A stretch of DNA of 64,000 bases from Candidatus Saccharimonadales bacterium (GTDB lineage: Bacteria > Patescibacteriota > Saccharimonadia > Saccharimonadales > DASZAF01). The stretch lies in contig DATIIB010000007.1 in NCBI GenBank assembly GCA_035480055.1, positions 68,360-132,359 of the forward strand, read 5' to 3'. Below, piece after piece: positions 9,181-17,830 of the stretch. Position 1 is the first letter of the stretch, and the number at the start of each line of letters is the position of its first letter. The position numbers and the translations under genes are program-made. The notes beneath the pieces are model-generated. The model saw only the letters and a list, made by a program, of their open reading frames with translations. It was not told the DNA's origin and ran no database searches.

Positions 9181-10041
9181 GTGCATAGTCTTCTCTATAC
9201 TATAGTTGTGAGAATATTGGTATTGGGCTCTCTTGGCTTAACCGGGTGGGAGAAGTGGTCGTATTTGGCCACTATTTTAAGCGTCCTAGTAAATGGGGTA
9301 TTCCTATTCTTCCTGATAAAACAGGTGCGGCAAGGACAGGCAGCTCAGAAAGCGGCCGAACGATCGGCTGATGCCGCGAATAACTCTGTCAAAGAAGCCC
9401 TGTACGCGCGTATCGATCAGCAAGCGCCGCGTGTGGTGGCTTTGCTCGACCAGCCAACTATCGGTGGTGTACAGTCTGAGAGTAAAATTGCTTGGGGAGC
9501 AGACCAAGAGGCCGTACTACCACGCGATAAAGAGAAGTACCTTTATGTAGGTGTCACTGGCACACTTATTAATGAAGGTAAAGGTACAGCTCGCGTCCAT
9601 CTAAACGGTGCTGCCGAATGGATTCTAGACGAAGAAGACGAGCCTCTGCTGATGGGGCCAATCACTCCATCACAAGACGACCACATACTGAGGCCTGGCC
9701 AACAAGTACGCTTTCTGTGGTCGGAGGCTCACTCGCTAGAAGATTGGGCAGATGCCTACTCAAACCCATCACCCGCTAACCCAAGAGGAGCGTGTTTCAT
9801 GGATGTAATTGTGCACGACTACTTTGAAGAGGGGGTTATAGACCATATATTCTTAGAGATGAGTGGTCGGCCGCTCGTTCCCGTTGTCGGCGACAGCAGC
9901 CATTGGAAAATACCAGACAAGGCAGAGTTCGCCGCCATAAGCTACCCTATAAAACGGGCACACTTGTGTGAAAATAATCATAAGATTACACCGTCGTGGG
10001 TAGAAACCTACAAAGAATGGGATGAACTGCATGGCAGCTAA
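9181..10041 (+). CDS. hypothetical membrane protein
   Basis: 286 aa with a GTG start and two N-terminal hydrophobic helices. No recognised family. Confidence 0.5.
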   Translation: MHSLLYTIVVRILVLGSLGLTGWEKWSYLATILSVLVNGVFLFFLIKQVRQGQAAQKAAERSADAANNSVKEALYARIDQQAPRVVALLDQPTIGGVQSESKIAWGADQEAVLPRDKEKYLYVGVTGTLINEGKGTARVHLNGAAEWILDEEDEPLLMGPITPSQDDHILRPGQQVRFLWSEAHSLEDWADAYSNPSPANPRGACFMDVIVHDYFEEGVIDHIFLEMSGRPLVPVVGDSSHWKIPDKAEFAAISYPIKRAHLCENNHKITPSWVETYKEWDELHGS

Positions 10042-10624
10042 AGCGACCGCGGATACCTACCTCGTGATGCCTTCAGAAGAGGCGTCGGCTAGAGTATCGG
10101 GCCACATTGGTACTGGTAAACAACTTCTTGAGACTAGCGTTACAAACGCCGATGAGCTGAGGGATATGAGAGCTCGATACCGGAAATGGCGCGAGTATGG
10201 CGTGCAGCTCTTAAAGAACATGTTTAGCGACGATTCCATAGCTGCAAGGCTTCAAGATGATAGCGGTGTGGTTTACACTGGGCCAGACTTAGACGAACGC
10301 TACAGATATTTCCGCAATGACTTTCTCCAAGACATAACTACACTTGAATCCATCGAGGAGATGCTGTCGATCATGCCGAAAGCACCACGAAACAAACCAG
10401 AAGAGCACCAAGGCCAGTCGGCCGGCACTTCTGTGTCTCAAACCTTTCAGGGCCCAGTAGAGAACGTAATCGGCTCCAGTAGTGGACATGCCGACCAAAA
10501 TGGTACCGACAACCAGACTGCACCTTCTGACGGCACCAAGTGGTGGCAATTATTTTTAGCACTATTGGGCGTCGCTGGTACTATAGCAGTCGCCTATATC
10601 GCCCACTGGCTGCACTGGGTATAA
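10022..10624 (+). CDS. hypothetical tail-anchored membrane protein
   Basis: 200 aa, overlapping the upstream gene by 20 nt. C-terminal TM helix WWQLFLALLGVAGTIAVAYIAHWL. Confidence 0.5.
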   Translation: MNCMAAKATADTYLVMPSEEASARVSGHIGTGKQLLETSVTNADELRDMRARYRKWREYGVQLLKNMFSDDSIAARLQDDSGVVYTGPDLDERYRYFRNDFLQDITTLESIEEMLSIMPKAPRNKPEEHQGQSAGTSVSQTFQGPVENVIGSSSGHADQNGTDNQTAPSDGTKWWQLFLALLGVAGTIAVAYIAHWLHWV

Positions 10625-10694
10625 GCTCTCAAACCCTAACTTCTTAATGCTCACTCTTCAGAGCTCAAAGCCACTGAACCCAGCGTCGGACTGA

Positions 10695-11048
10695 TCTCTT
10701 GCGGGCTACAAGCACTGCGTCTCCATGTACAAGTCAGCCGGCCTCGACCTTGCACGTGAGCGCCTGGTGGGCTTGGGCTCGATCTGCCGTCGTCAGGGCA
10801 CGGAGGAGATCGGACGTATCGTCGAGCAGCTTGCCGGTATGGGGCTCCGCTTGCACGGCTTCGGTATCAAGACGCTCGGGCTGAGACGGTACCGCAAGCA
10901 CCTCATGAGCGCAGACAGCATGGCCTGGAGTATTCGTGGCCGGTAATCGGGACGGTGTCACCATACAAAGAAGCGGCCGGCTTCAGAAGCTAACTGTCTC
11001 ACGTTCGCTTTGGAGTGGCGGAAGCGTACGCTGCAAACGAATGTCTAG
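10695..11048 (+). pseudogene. 5'-truncated, frameshifted remnant of a TGT/DpdA-like (DNA deazapurine transglycosylase family) gene
   Basis: Frame 1 reads ...VGLGSICRRQGTEEI...LRLHGFGIKTLGL...LMSADSMAWS then a stop. The C-terminal block HHTKKRPASEANCLTFALEWRKRTL continues in another frame (10959-11048). The N-terminal ~200 aa are absent. Confidence 0.4.
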
Positions 11049-11509
11049 AAACCAGTCGCCTCGTTGTAGAGGACTACGACCGCGCCGTCTGCCAGACGCT
11101 CAGTGATATCGTTGCACTCAAGACTCCCTATTTCAGCGCAGACGTAGACGGTACTCCATTGCCCGAGCAGTTCCCTAATGCTCGACGGCTCAGCAAAGAT
11201 AACCTCAAGTTGCCCAATCGTCTGCTTAATATGTTCACCCTGCATAAAGACCGACTCTCGCATGCCCTCAATCTCAGCGGTAAGCTCGGTGAGCAGAGGC
11301 GAGTTGATCGTGCTGGCTCGCTCTCGCATCAGAGAATTCCCAATCTTCACCCACTGCTTACGAGTAAGCCGCATGAAACTGAATGGCGAGCTTGTCACAA
11401 CCAGAACATTCCCCAAATCAGATCGCACCTGAAGGTGCCTGGCGACGTCATTCGCTAACGCGGTCATCCCCTGCACAGACCGACACTCCACATACCACCG
11501 CCGATTCAT
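11045..11509 (-). CDS. cassette partner protein, copy A (uncharacterised; SPF..R..RKQW...RERAST core)
   Basis: 154 aa, colinear with the proteins at 51422-51865 and 62068-62568. ATGA overlap with the upstream gene. Confidence 0.6.
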   Translation of the reverse strand: MNRRWYVECRSVQGMTALANDVARHLQVRSDLGNVLVVTSSPFSFMRLTRKQWVKIGNSLMRERASTINSPLLTELTAEIEGMRESVFMQGEHIKQTIGQLEVIFAEPSSIRELLGQWSTVYVCAEIGSLECNDITERLADGAVVVLYNEATGF

Positions 11510-11805
11510 CTATTCCAATCCTCTAAGTCAGATGGTGCTAAGCCTAGATCATGAAGATCTCTGGCGATTCTTTGAGCAATCCTAAAATTCGCCCATCCAC
11601 GGAGGAGTTCGCGCCGAAGGTCGCTGTGGTGCCTGCAAGCAAACGCTTGTCGTCCATCCATATAGATATACCCGGCTGTAGCCTCAGGAAGGGACACAGG
11701 CTTACGACAGATCGCGCAGACTACTACCGGTTCTAAATCGATCCCATCAGGAGTAGCGACTATGCCGCGTCGTGAGGGTATACAACTTTTGGGAAACATA
11801 CACAT
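11506..11805 (-). CDS. cassette zinc-ribbon-like protein, copy A (CxxC...CxxH)
   Basis: 99 aa. An ungapped 53-aa block is shared with 51169-51441 and 61800-62075 (CAIC...AT.G...Q.FAC..H...L..GW..F). Confidence 0.6.
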   Translation of the reverse strand: MCMFPKSCIPSRRGIVATPDGIDLEPVVVCAICRKPVSLPEATAGYIYMDGRQAFACRHHSDLRRELLRGWANFRIAQRIARDLHDLGLAPSDLEDWNR

Positions 11806-11808
11806 TCC

Positions 11809-12066
11809 CTACACATCTTTTTCCGTTATAGTGACGTGGCATGTCTGGGCAGAGAAGTTCTGGAGGTAGCACACAAGACGGTACTCCCCAGCCTCATTCA
11901 GCCTTGCTATTGAATATTTGAGATCATCCCCGGGCTCAGGCTCGGTTCTAATCTCAAACTGAGGCGAAGATAGACCCTTCTCATAGAGACCAAGGAGAAC
12001 TTCCCTCCCGGCGTTCGGTTTGAGTGTTAGTTGCCAAGATTGTCGTGCTGTCGTAGTTGAATGCAT
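11809..12066 (-). CDS. hypothetical small protein (first gene of the copy-A transcription unit)
   Basis: 85-aa ORF ending 3 nt before the zinc-ribbon gene. No counterpart at the other two loci. Confidence 0.4.
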   Translation of the reverse strand: MHSTTTARQSWQLTLKPNAGREVLLGLYEKGLSSPQFEIRTEPEPGDDLKYSIARLNEAGEYRLVCYLQNFSAQTCHVTITEKDV

Positions 12067-12138
12067 AGAACACTACCCTTCCGGAGCTGTAAGCCCCCAA
12101 ATCAAACTAGTAGTATGGCCACATAGTTAGTGGCAGGT

Positions 12139-12154
12139 GTTGTATGCATACAAC
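12139..12154. promoter_or_regulatory. perfect 16-bp palindrome GTTGTATGCATACAAC in divergent intergenic region
   Basis: Self-complementary by inspection. Lies between the divergent cassette (start 12066) and the methyltransferase (start 12305). Confidence 0.4.
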
Positions 12155-12304
12155 CAACCCGGCACAGAGGTTCTCGGATTGAAAGAAGCTGACCATTGTG
12201 TTATGGTCAAGAAGGAAATTTGATAAGGCTCGACGCCTCATTGACATGATACCTATTTTTTGGGAAACATGTCAACAACATTCGTGTAATTTTCACCACT
12301 TTAT

Positions 12305-13528
12305 ATGTCCTACTACAAAACTTCAGAGCTCGAAAAGTTCGGCGTCAGTCGTCGTACTGTCTCAAACTGGATCGAGAAGGCCAAACACGGCCGCCTAGAA
12401 CTTGCCCTGGTCGAAGCCAAGGGTAAGTTCTATATCGCAAAGACCGCGACAAACCAAGCCGCGGTTCAGAAGCTTGTTGGTAACAACCGCAAGTACATCA
12501 ATCGGAAAAGTCTCAAGACGGTTACGCCCAAGCCAGAGTTCTACGAGCTTTTTCAAGACGAGCACGTGCTCGGAATTATCTCAAACATCAGTACCTACCG
12601 AGAGATTCCTCTTCAGTACACGTACTTCGATGACGGCGCAGAGTACTGGAACCGGCACACGCTCCAGCTCGCAGAAGATAAGCGGCTCAACCCACTGAAT
12701 AGCACTATTAGTTTGCTTGATGCTAATATTGGCTACCTTGATAAGGTTCTCGAAGACTTCACCTATGTGAACGTGGTTGACGTAGGGGTCGGCAACGCGC
12801 TTCCAACCCGGAAGCTACTTGAACACTTACTGGACGCCGGCAAACTTAAGCGATACGCCGCGGTCGATATCAGTAGGGACATGCTCGCGATTGCAGAGAA
12901 GAACATCGGGGCGTGGTTCGGTGATCGGATTCGTTTTGAGAGCTACGTTAATGACATCAGCTTTGAGCCTTTTGCAGACGTCATCGCGGAGCCGCCCGAC
13001 AAGGATGCCAAGACAACAAACCTCGTCCTTCTGTTAGGTGGCACACTTGCAAACTTTCGGGCGCCCGAAGACGCACTCAAGGTCATCCGGAAGAGCATGG
13101 GGCCAAATGACCTCTTTGCCTATGGGCTCAAACTAGACTCTCCTGTTAACCGCGAACAGTTCGACTTCCGCATCAGCGGTGCTGCGAATCAGTCGCTTCC
13201 GCCTCAGTGCAAGTTCATGCTTGATCTTCTTGGAATCCAAGAAGACTTCTATACCGTTGAGACTGGATTCAACGAACGCGAACAAGCCAGGTACGCGCGT
13301 ATTCGCCTCAAGCACGCGCTAAGCATCGACTTCGAGTCTCCTCGCGGGCCATGGCGCGTCGACCTCAACAAAGACGACGCGCTCATAGTGTGGTGGGCTA
13401 AGCACAGCACTGCATCAGATGTAGTCGAACTTCTCTCTGCGAACGGTTTCAATCCGCTTCTCACGAGCCAACTGCCAGATCACGATTATATGCTCGTGCT
13501 CGCTGACCTACGCTGCGACATTCGATAG
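12305..13528 (+). CDS. HTH-fused SAM-dependent methyltransferase, EgtD/Methyltransf_33-like
   Basis: 407 aa. N-terminal HTH (FGVSRRTVSNWIEKAK). Methyltransferase blocks VVDVGVGNALPTRKLLEHLL, YAAVDISRDML and LLGGTLANFRAPEDA resemble histidine N-alpha-methyltransferase family motifs. Paralog of 60301-61539. Confidence 0.65.
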   Translation: MSYYKTSELEKFGVSRRTVSNWIEKAKHGRLELALVEAKGKFYIAKTATNQAAVQKLVGNNRKYINRKSLKTVTPKPEFYELFQDEHVLGIISNISTYREIPLQYTYFDDGAEYWNRHTLQLAEDKRLNPLNSTISLLDANIGYLDKVLEDFTYVNVVDVGVGNALPTRKLLEHLLDAGKLKRYAAVDISRDMLAIAEKNIGAWFGDRIRFESYVNDISFEPFADVIAEPPDKDAKTTNLVLLLGGTLANFRAPEDALKVIRKSMGPNDLFAYGLKLDSPVNREQFDFRISGAANQSLPPQCKFMLDLLGIQEDFYTVETGFNEREQARYARIRLKHALSIDFESPRGPWRVDLNKDDALIVWWAKHSTASDVVELLSANGFNPLLTSQLPDHDYMLVLADLRCDIR

Positions 13529-13566
13529 TGCACCAACCGTTTGTGTTGTTAGTGTCTCCTCTAACG

Positions 13567-14544
13567 CTAGGCTCGACCTTCTTTGCGCAGCCGGTCATAA
13601 ATCCAAGCGTACGTTCGCTCTATGCCGACTGCAATCGAAGTTGATGGTTCCCAGTTGTAGCGCTCCAAGATCAATCTATTGTCGCTATTACGTCCGCGTA
13701 CTCCTTGGGGGGCCGATAAGTCATACTTTCTTTTGAGGCGTATCCCTGCGATGTCCTCGATCAGACTTGTGAGCTGGTTTATTGTGACGCACTCTGAACT
13801 TCCAAGATTAACAGGACTGTAGTAAGGCCCATCGGTAATTAGATGGATACCTTTGATGCAATCATCAATGTAGGTGAAGCTGCGTACTTGATTTCCATCT
13901 CCCCATAAGGAGCTCTCGTGTTTACCCGAGATGACGGCTTCTGCAACCTTGCGACAAATTGCGGCCGGCGCCTTCTCTCTGCCTCCCCGCCATGTACCCA
14001 TCTCGCCGTATACATTATGAAAACGGGCTACGCGAGTGGCTGTCCCAAAGTCTTCATGGAAGTGTCGGCACATTCTTTCGCTGAAGAGCTTCTCCCATCC
14101 ATATCCATCTTCTGGCATAGCAGGATAGGCGTCTTCTTCGCGAAGTGCGATGACGTCAGTGGATTGCTGACGGTCCTCCTTATAGACACATGCAGATGAT
14201 GAGTAGAAGTAGCGTTGGGCCGACTCCTTGGCTGCCAGTAGGACATTGGTGCTAATCAATACTGAAAGCATGCAAGCTGCCTTGTGAGTCTCGATGAATC
14301 CCATGCCGCCCATATCGGCAGCTAAGTTATACACGTATCGCGCTCCCCTAACTGCTGTGCGAGCGGTCGTTAGAGTGGAGACATCAGACGACATACTCTC
14401 AGCCTCCGGATGTAATTGTTCCCACTGCTCTAAGGGTTTAATATCGACTGCTCGTACTGATTTACCCTCGTTCAAAAGGGACCTCACCAAATGGCCACCA
14501 ATAAAACCGCCGGCGCCAAGTACCACCGCATCATATGATTTCAT
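13567..14544 (-). CDS. NAD-dependent sugar-nucleotide epimerase, GDP-mannose 3,5-epimerase-like
   Basis: 325 aa with Rossmann GAGGFIGGHL and the block NLAADMGGMGFI characteristic of the GDP-mannose 3,5-epimerase family. Confidence 0.75.
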   Translation of the reverse strand: MKSYDAVVLGAGGFIGGHLVRSLLNEGKSVRAVDIKPLEQWEQLHPEAESMSSDVSTLTTARTAVRGARYVYNLAADMGGMGFIETHKAACMLSVLISTNVLLAAKESAQRYFYSSSACVYKEDRQQSTDVIALREEDAYPAMPEDGYGWEKLFSERMCRHFHEDFGTATRVARFHNVYGEMGTWRGGREKAPAAICRKVAEAVISGKHESSLWGDGNQVRSFTYIDDCIKGIHLITDGPYYSPVNLGSSECVTINQLTSLIEDIAGIRLKRKYDLSAPQGVRGRNSDNRLILERYNWEPSTSIAVGIERTYAWIYDRLRKEGRA

Positions 14545-14547
14545 AGA

Positions 14548-15717
14548 CTAAACTCTCCTATTATTCAATAAATTTCCAACTGACAGGCAGTCACCCATCC
14601 ACTGGTTGATGAAGGCGTCATAGCCCACGTCGTGCTCAATCTGAGGGACAGGCATAGCAATCGCAACTTCAAGGAGCTCCGAAGCATCCTCAGCGCCAAT
14701 ATGCCCGATGGTGCCAAATGACGAACCCGAGACTAGTTTCTCTATATAGCGGTTGCCTTCCACGAATATTGGTGCCCCTAATACTGCAGCCAAACCGGCA
14801 ACGCCTGAGGGCATGTAGGTACCCTGCTTAAAGGTACATAAGACAACATCGGCCGCAGCTATATACTCGACAAATCGCTCTTGTGATGAATAAGAGAAAT
14901 CTGCAATGATGCTTCCTGGGAAAAGGCTACCTAGCTCGCGTACCATCTCGGGAAGCTGAGGTACAGACTGATCGACTTCCCCTGCAAGTACAAGGGTGAT
15001 TCCCGTCTTAGCATAGATCGTCTGCCATGATCTCACGACTTCCGTCGCTCGCTTTCGCTCTGATAGGTCACCAATAAGAAGCGCGTACTGTCGATCAAGT
15101 TCCCAACCAAGCCTGCCACGCGCCTTCTTCTTAGTCGGATGGGTCGCGAGGCTCACAGGATCTATCACATATCGAATTCGATTCGCGATTTCTGGCTCTG
15201 CAGTCTGCCCGGCTAGAGAGTCGAGGGTTGCGCATAAACGGCCGGTACATACAGAACCTGCCTCCGCCAGCCGTTTTGCCGATTGGAGTGTGGCTAGAAC
15301 TGCTGCTCGTTCACTCCCTCTGACGAAATCAATGACGCCTGGCGGACATCGGCCCAAGAGAAGATGGGCATGGGGTGCGGACGGATCTTTCCGGTATCTT
15401 TTCTCCAAACCACGGATGAGGCTGTCGGCCCAAGGAAAGATAAGAAGGCTCACCCCAATATCTTTAGCTTTGTCGATGACTTCATTAAGCCAGTCATCGA
15501 GGTTATCAGGGACCTGAGTTGTCGACGAGAGTTTGGTTGAGCTCGGTATTCTTACTGAGTATTGCGCTGCGTGCACTTTCCACTCGTCCGAGTGGAAGGC
15601 CGTGGTAGGTAGGTGAAGGTAGGTCTGGGCGTACTCGTCCAATGCTTGCCGGAGAGCAAGGATATGTGCGAGACGATGTCCCTTCCAGCGGTAATCTGCG
15701 ATCAGCACTGACTTCAT
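14548..15717 (-). CDS. putative GT-B fold glycosyltransferase (start at MKSVLIAD)
   Basis: ATGA start/stop overlap with the upstream GT4 gene at 15714-15717. The C-terminal half is GT1-like (LVLAGE...AAADVVL...). Weak call. Confidence 0.45.
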   Translation of the reverse strand: MKSVLIADYRWKGHRLAHILALRQALDEYAQTYLHLPTTAFHSDEWKVHAAQYSVRIPSSTKLSSTTQVPDNLDDWLNEVIDKAKDIGVSLLIFPWADSLIRGLEKRYRKDPSAPHAHLLLGRCPPGVIDFVRGSERAAVLATLQSAKRLAEAGSVCTGRLCATLDSLAGQTAEPEIANRIRYVIDPVSLATHPTKKKARGRLGWELDRQYALLIGDLSERKRATEVVRSWQTIYAKTGITLVLAGEVDQSVPQLPEMVRELGSLFPGSIIADFSYSSQERFVEYIAAADVVLCTFKQGTYMPSGVAGLAAVLGAPIFVEGNRYIEKLVSGSSFGTIGHIGAEDASELLEVAIAMPVPQIEHDVGYDAFINQWMGDCLSVGNLLNNRRV

Positions 15718-16778
15718 TGCCAGCCCTTCAATAGTGCAGCGTATAAAGCTCCAGCGAGTGCTGTTTGTGAGTACGACGACGCGACACAATATCTTAAACT
15801 CCTCTGCACTCCTGCTCGCTTTGGGTCTTCAATCGCTGCAACGATTGAATCTGCGTATACTTGAGGGTCATCAGTGCAAAGATAGCCAAGACCATTGAGC
15901 ACAGAGTCATTCTCTGGTAGATCAGAAACGACAGGTATGCTTCCTCTATTCATGGCTTCTAAAAGAGCGATGGAACAACCCTCAGCTTCTGAGGGATTGA
16001 TGAAGACAATTGATTTGGCCACTTCTGGTGCCGGTGTACTATTGCCGGGCAAAACTTTCACTCCAGCATCCGCAAGTTCATGCGACAGGCGCTCATAGAG
16101 CTGCTGCTCTCCAAAACCTGGTGGCCCCTGAACAATCATCTCAATGCCCGATGGAAGCAAAGTCGCAACTTTCGGTAATAGGTCGACTCGCTTTCTTGCT
16201 GAGATACGTCCGAAGTATGCGACGCTCCGTCGATTAGGTAGTTTTGCTTTCGGGGAAATGATCTCGCGCTCAGGAAGATAGTTTGGCAGATATATGACAT
16301 CGACACGCTGCTGTCGGAGCTTATCGGCCGACCTAGGGCTGACCGTAACATACCTGTCGACGTCTCTAAGGAAATCAAGAGCACCCTTGTGCGCGGCAGC
16401 TCTTTCGAGGTGATCAGATGTTGGCACATTCATTATCACGCGTGCGCCGCGCTGATGAGCGTAAGTTAAGCACTGAAGCATTCCCAGCGACGTATCTGAA
16501 CCCAGGCTCGCAACCACGACTACCGATTCCTTAGTAGCATGGCGTCTGACCCAGTCTGCCGCCGCAAGCGACCAAGTGGAAAGATCGGAGCAGGCTCGGA
16601 TGACAGAAACGTGAGCCGATTCTTGAGTTGTGCCTTCGGGAGCAAACAGAGCGTTGGTATGTACAATTACCTCCACTCCCTTGTCACCGAGTAGGCTTGC
16701 CCAGCTTTGAAGCTGTTTCTCCAAACCACCGATATTGGGTGGATAGAATCCAGTAACGATTATAACCTTGGAAATCAT
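15714..16778 (-). CDS. glycosyltransferase family 4
   Basis: 354 aa with N-terminal FYPPNIGGLEKQ and C-terminal EX7E region INPSEAEGCSIALLEAM. Confidence 0.8.
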   Translation of the reverse strand: MISKVIIVTGFYPPNIGGLEKQLQSWASLLGDKGVEVIVHTNALFAPEGTTQESAHVSVIRACSDLSTWSLAAADWVRRHATKESVVVVASLGSDTSLGMLQCLTYAHQRGARVIMNVPTSDHLERAAAHKGALDFLRDVDRYVTVSPRSADKLRQQRVDVIYLPNYLPEREIISPKAKLPNRRSVAYFGRISARKRVDLLPKVATLLPSGIEMIVQGPPGFGEQQLYERLSHELADAGVKVLPGNSTPAPEVAKSIVFINPSEAEGCSIALLEAMNRGSIPVVSDLPENDSVLNGLGYLCTDDPQVYADSIVAAIEDPKRAGVQRSLRYCVASSYSQTALAGALYAALLKGWQ

Positions 16779-17830
16779 TATTCCTCCTCCGTTAGTCTGT
16801 TTTGTTCGTCCAACAACCCCCGCATAGGAAATGAAATGAAGTCAAATTCTTCGTGATGATCCGCTAAGTGACGTAGCTCTGCCTGCATGGGTGGATGTTC
16901 GACGAGCGTATAGGTTGCTGGACCGAGCGAGCTCACGCTCGCGAATTGATAGGAGCGCCGAAGATCCTTGAGGAGAAGCTTAGTCTGCTTGTCCTGGATT
17001 GTTTCTTCGATTGGCTTAGTTCCTTGTTTACTAACTGCCGTGAGTCCGGCCAAGACTTCATTGAAATTTCCGACTAAGATCCCGGGGAGTATTCTCATTG
17101 TTGTCTCATACGCGATCTCACGACTTGATTCGACAGATGCGGGAAGGTGCGTTGACCAGAAGCCGTCCTCGATCGTACCGGCTAAGGAATGCTTAGCCTT
17201 GGGAATGGCGAGGATGATCGTCCATTCTTGAGGCGGCGTTAGGCGTACAGCAGCACCGAAGGGCTTTTGGTAGAGATCCTGAAGGAGAGGATGTCGAGAG
17301 TATCCCTCTGCGGGGAGCGCTGTTCTACTTGATAAGTAGCCGAACTCAAGAACACATCCAGGCGAATACAGCAAGGTCGCACCGACGGTGGACACCCGGC
17401 CAACCCCTAATTCGAAGAGCTCTTGTAAATGTAGCGTCCTTCCTGTAGTCGCGGCTGCACCTATTAAGCTTGCGCCAACAACTTGGGTAGTAGAGCCTAA
17501 ACCCGCATGGCGGTGTAGGCGAGTATTGACCGTAACCCGCCAATGTGAGGATGTATCAAGAAGGCTGCGTAGTCTATCAAGGGGGCCGCTAAGGTCGCTT
17601 TTATACGCTTTCGGAAGGTCATCCTTCGTGGAAGATGTACGCTGGACGATGACTCCGATGGGGAGCTGCGGTACGCTAATCCCCATACCTCCACTCCTCA
17701 TACCTAAGCGCTCTGAGAGATCGAGGCTGAACAGATGCAGTCTGGGGAAGGTTACTAAAGAAATCTGATCGCCTGAGAAATCTAGATGCAAGCCTGCGTG
17801 AAAATTAATTGACTTGAGCGGCACTATCAC
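16778..17830 (-). CDS. beta-ribofuranosylaminobenzene 5'-phosphate (beta-RFAP) synthase-like protein, GHMP-kinase superfamily
   Basis: 350 aa. The blocks RLHLFSLDL..GMRSGGMGISV, HAGLGSTTQV, GVGRVSTVGATL, WTIILAIPK and SSLGPATYTLV are colinear with archaeal MptG-type beta-RFAP synthases as I recall them. Confidence 0.7.
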   Translation of the reverse strand: MIVPLKSINFHAGLHLDFSGDQISLVTFPRLHLFSLDLSERLGMRSGGMGISVPQLPIGVIVQRTSSTKDDLPKAYKSDLSGPLDRLRSLLDTSSHWRVTVNTRLHRHAGLGSTTQVVGASLIGAAATTGRTLHLQELFELGVGRVSTVGATLLYSPGCVLEFGYLSSRTALPAEGYSRHPLLQDLYQKPFGAAVRLTPPQEWTIILAIPKAKHSLAGTIEDGFWSTHLPASVESSREIAYETTMRILPGILVGNFNEVLAGLTAVSKQGTKPIEETIQDKQTKLLLKDLRRSYQFASVSSLGPATYTLVEHPPMQAELRHLADHHEEFDFISFPMRGLLDEQNRLTEEE

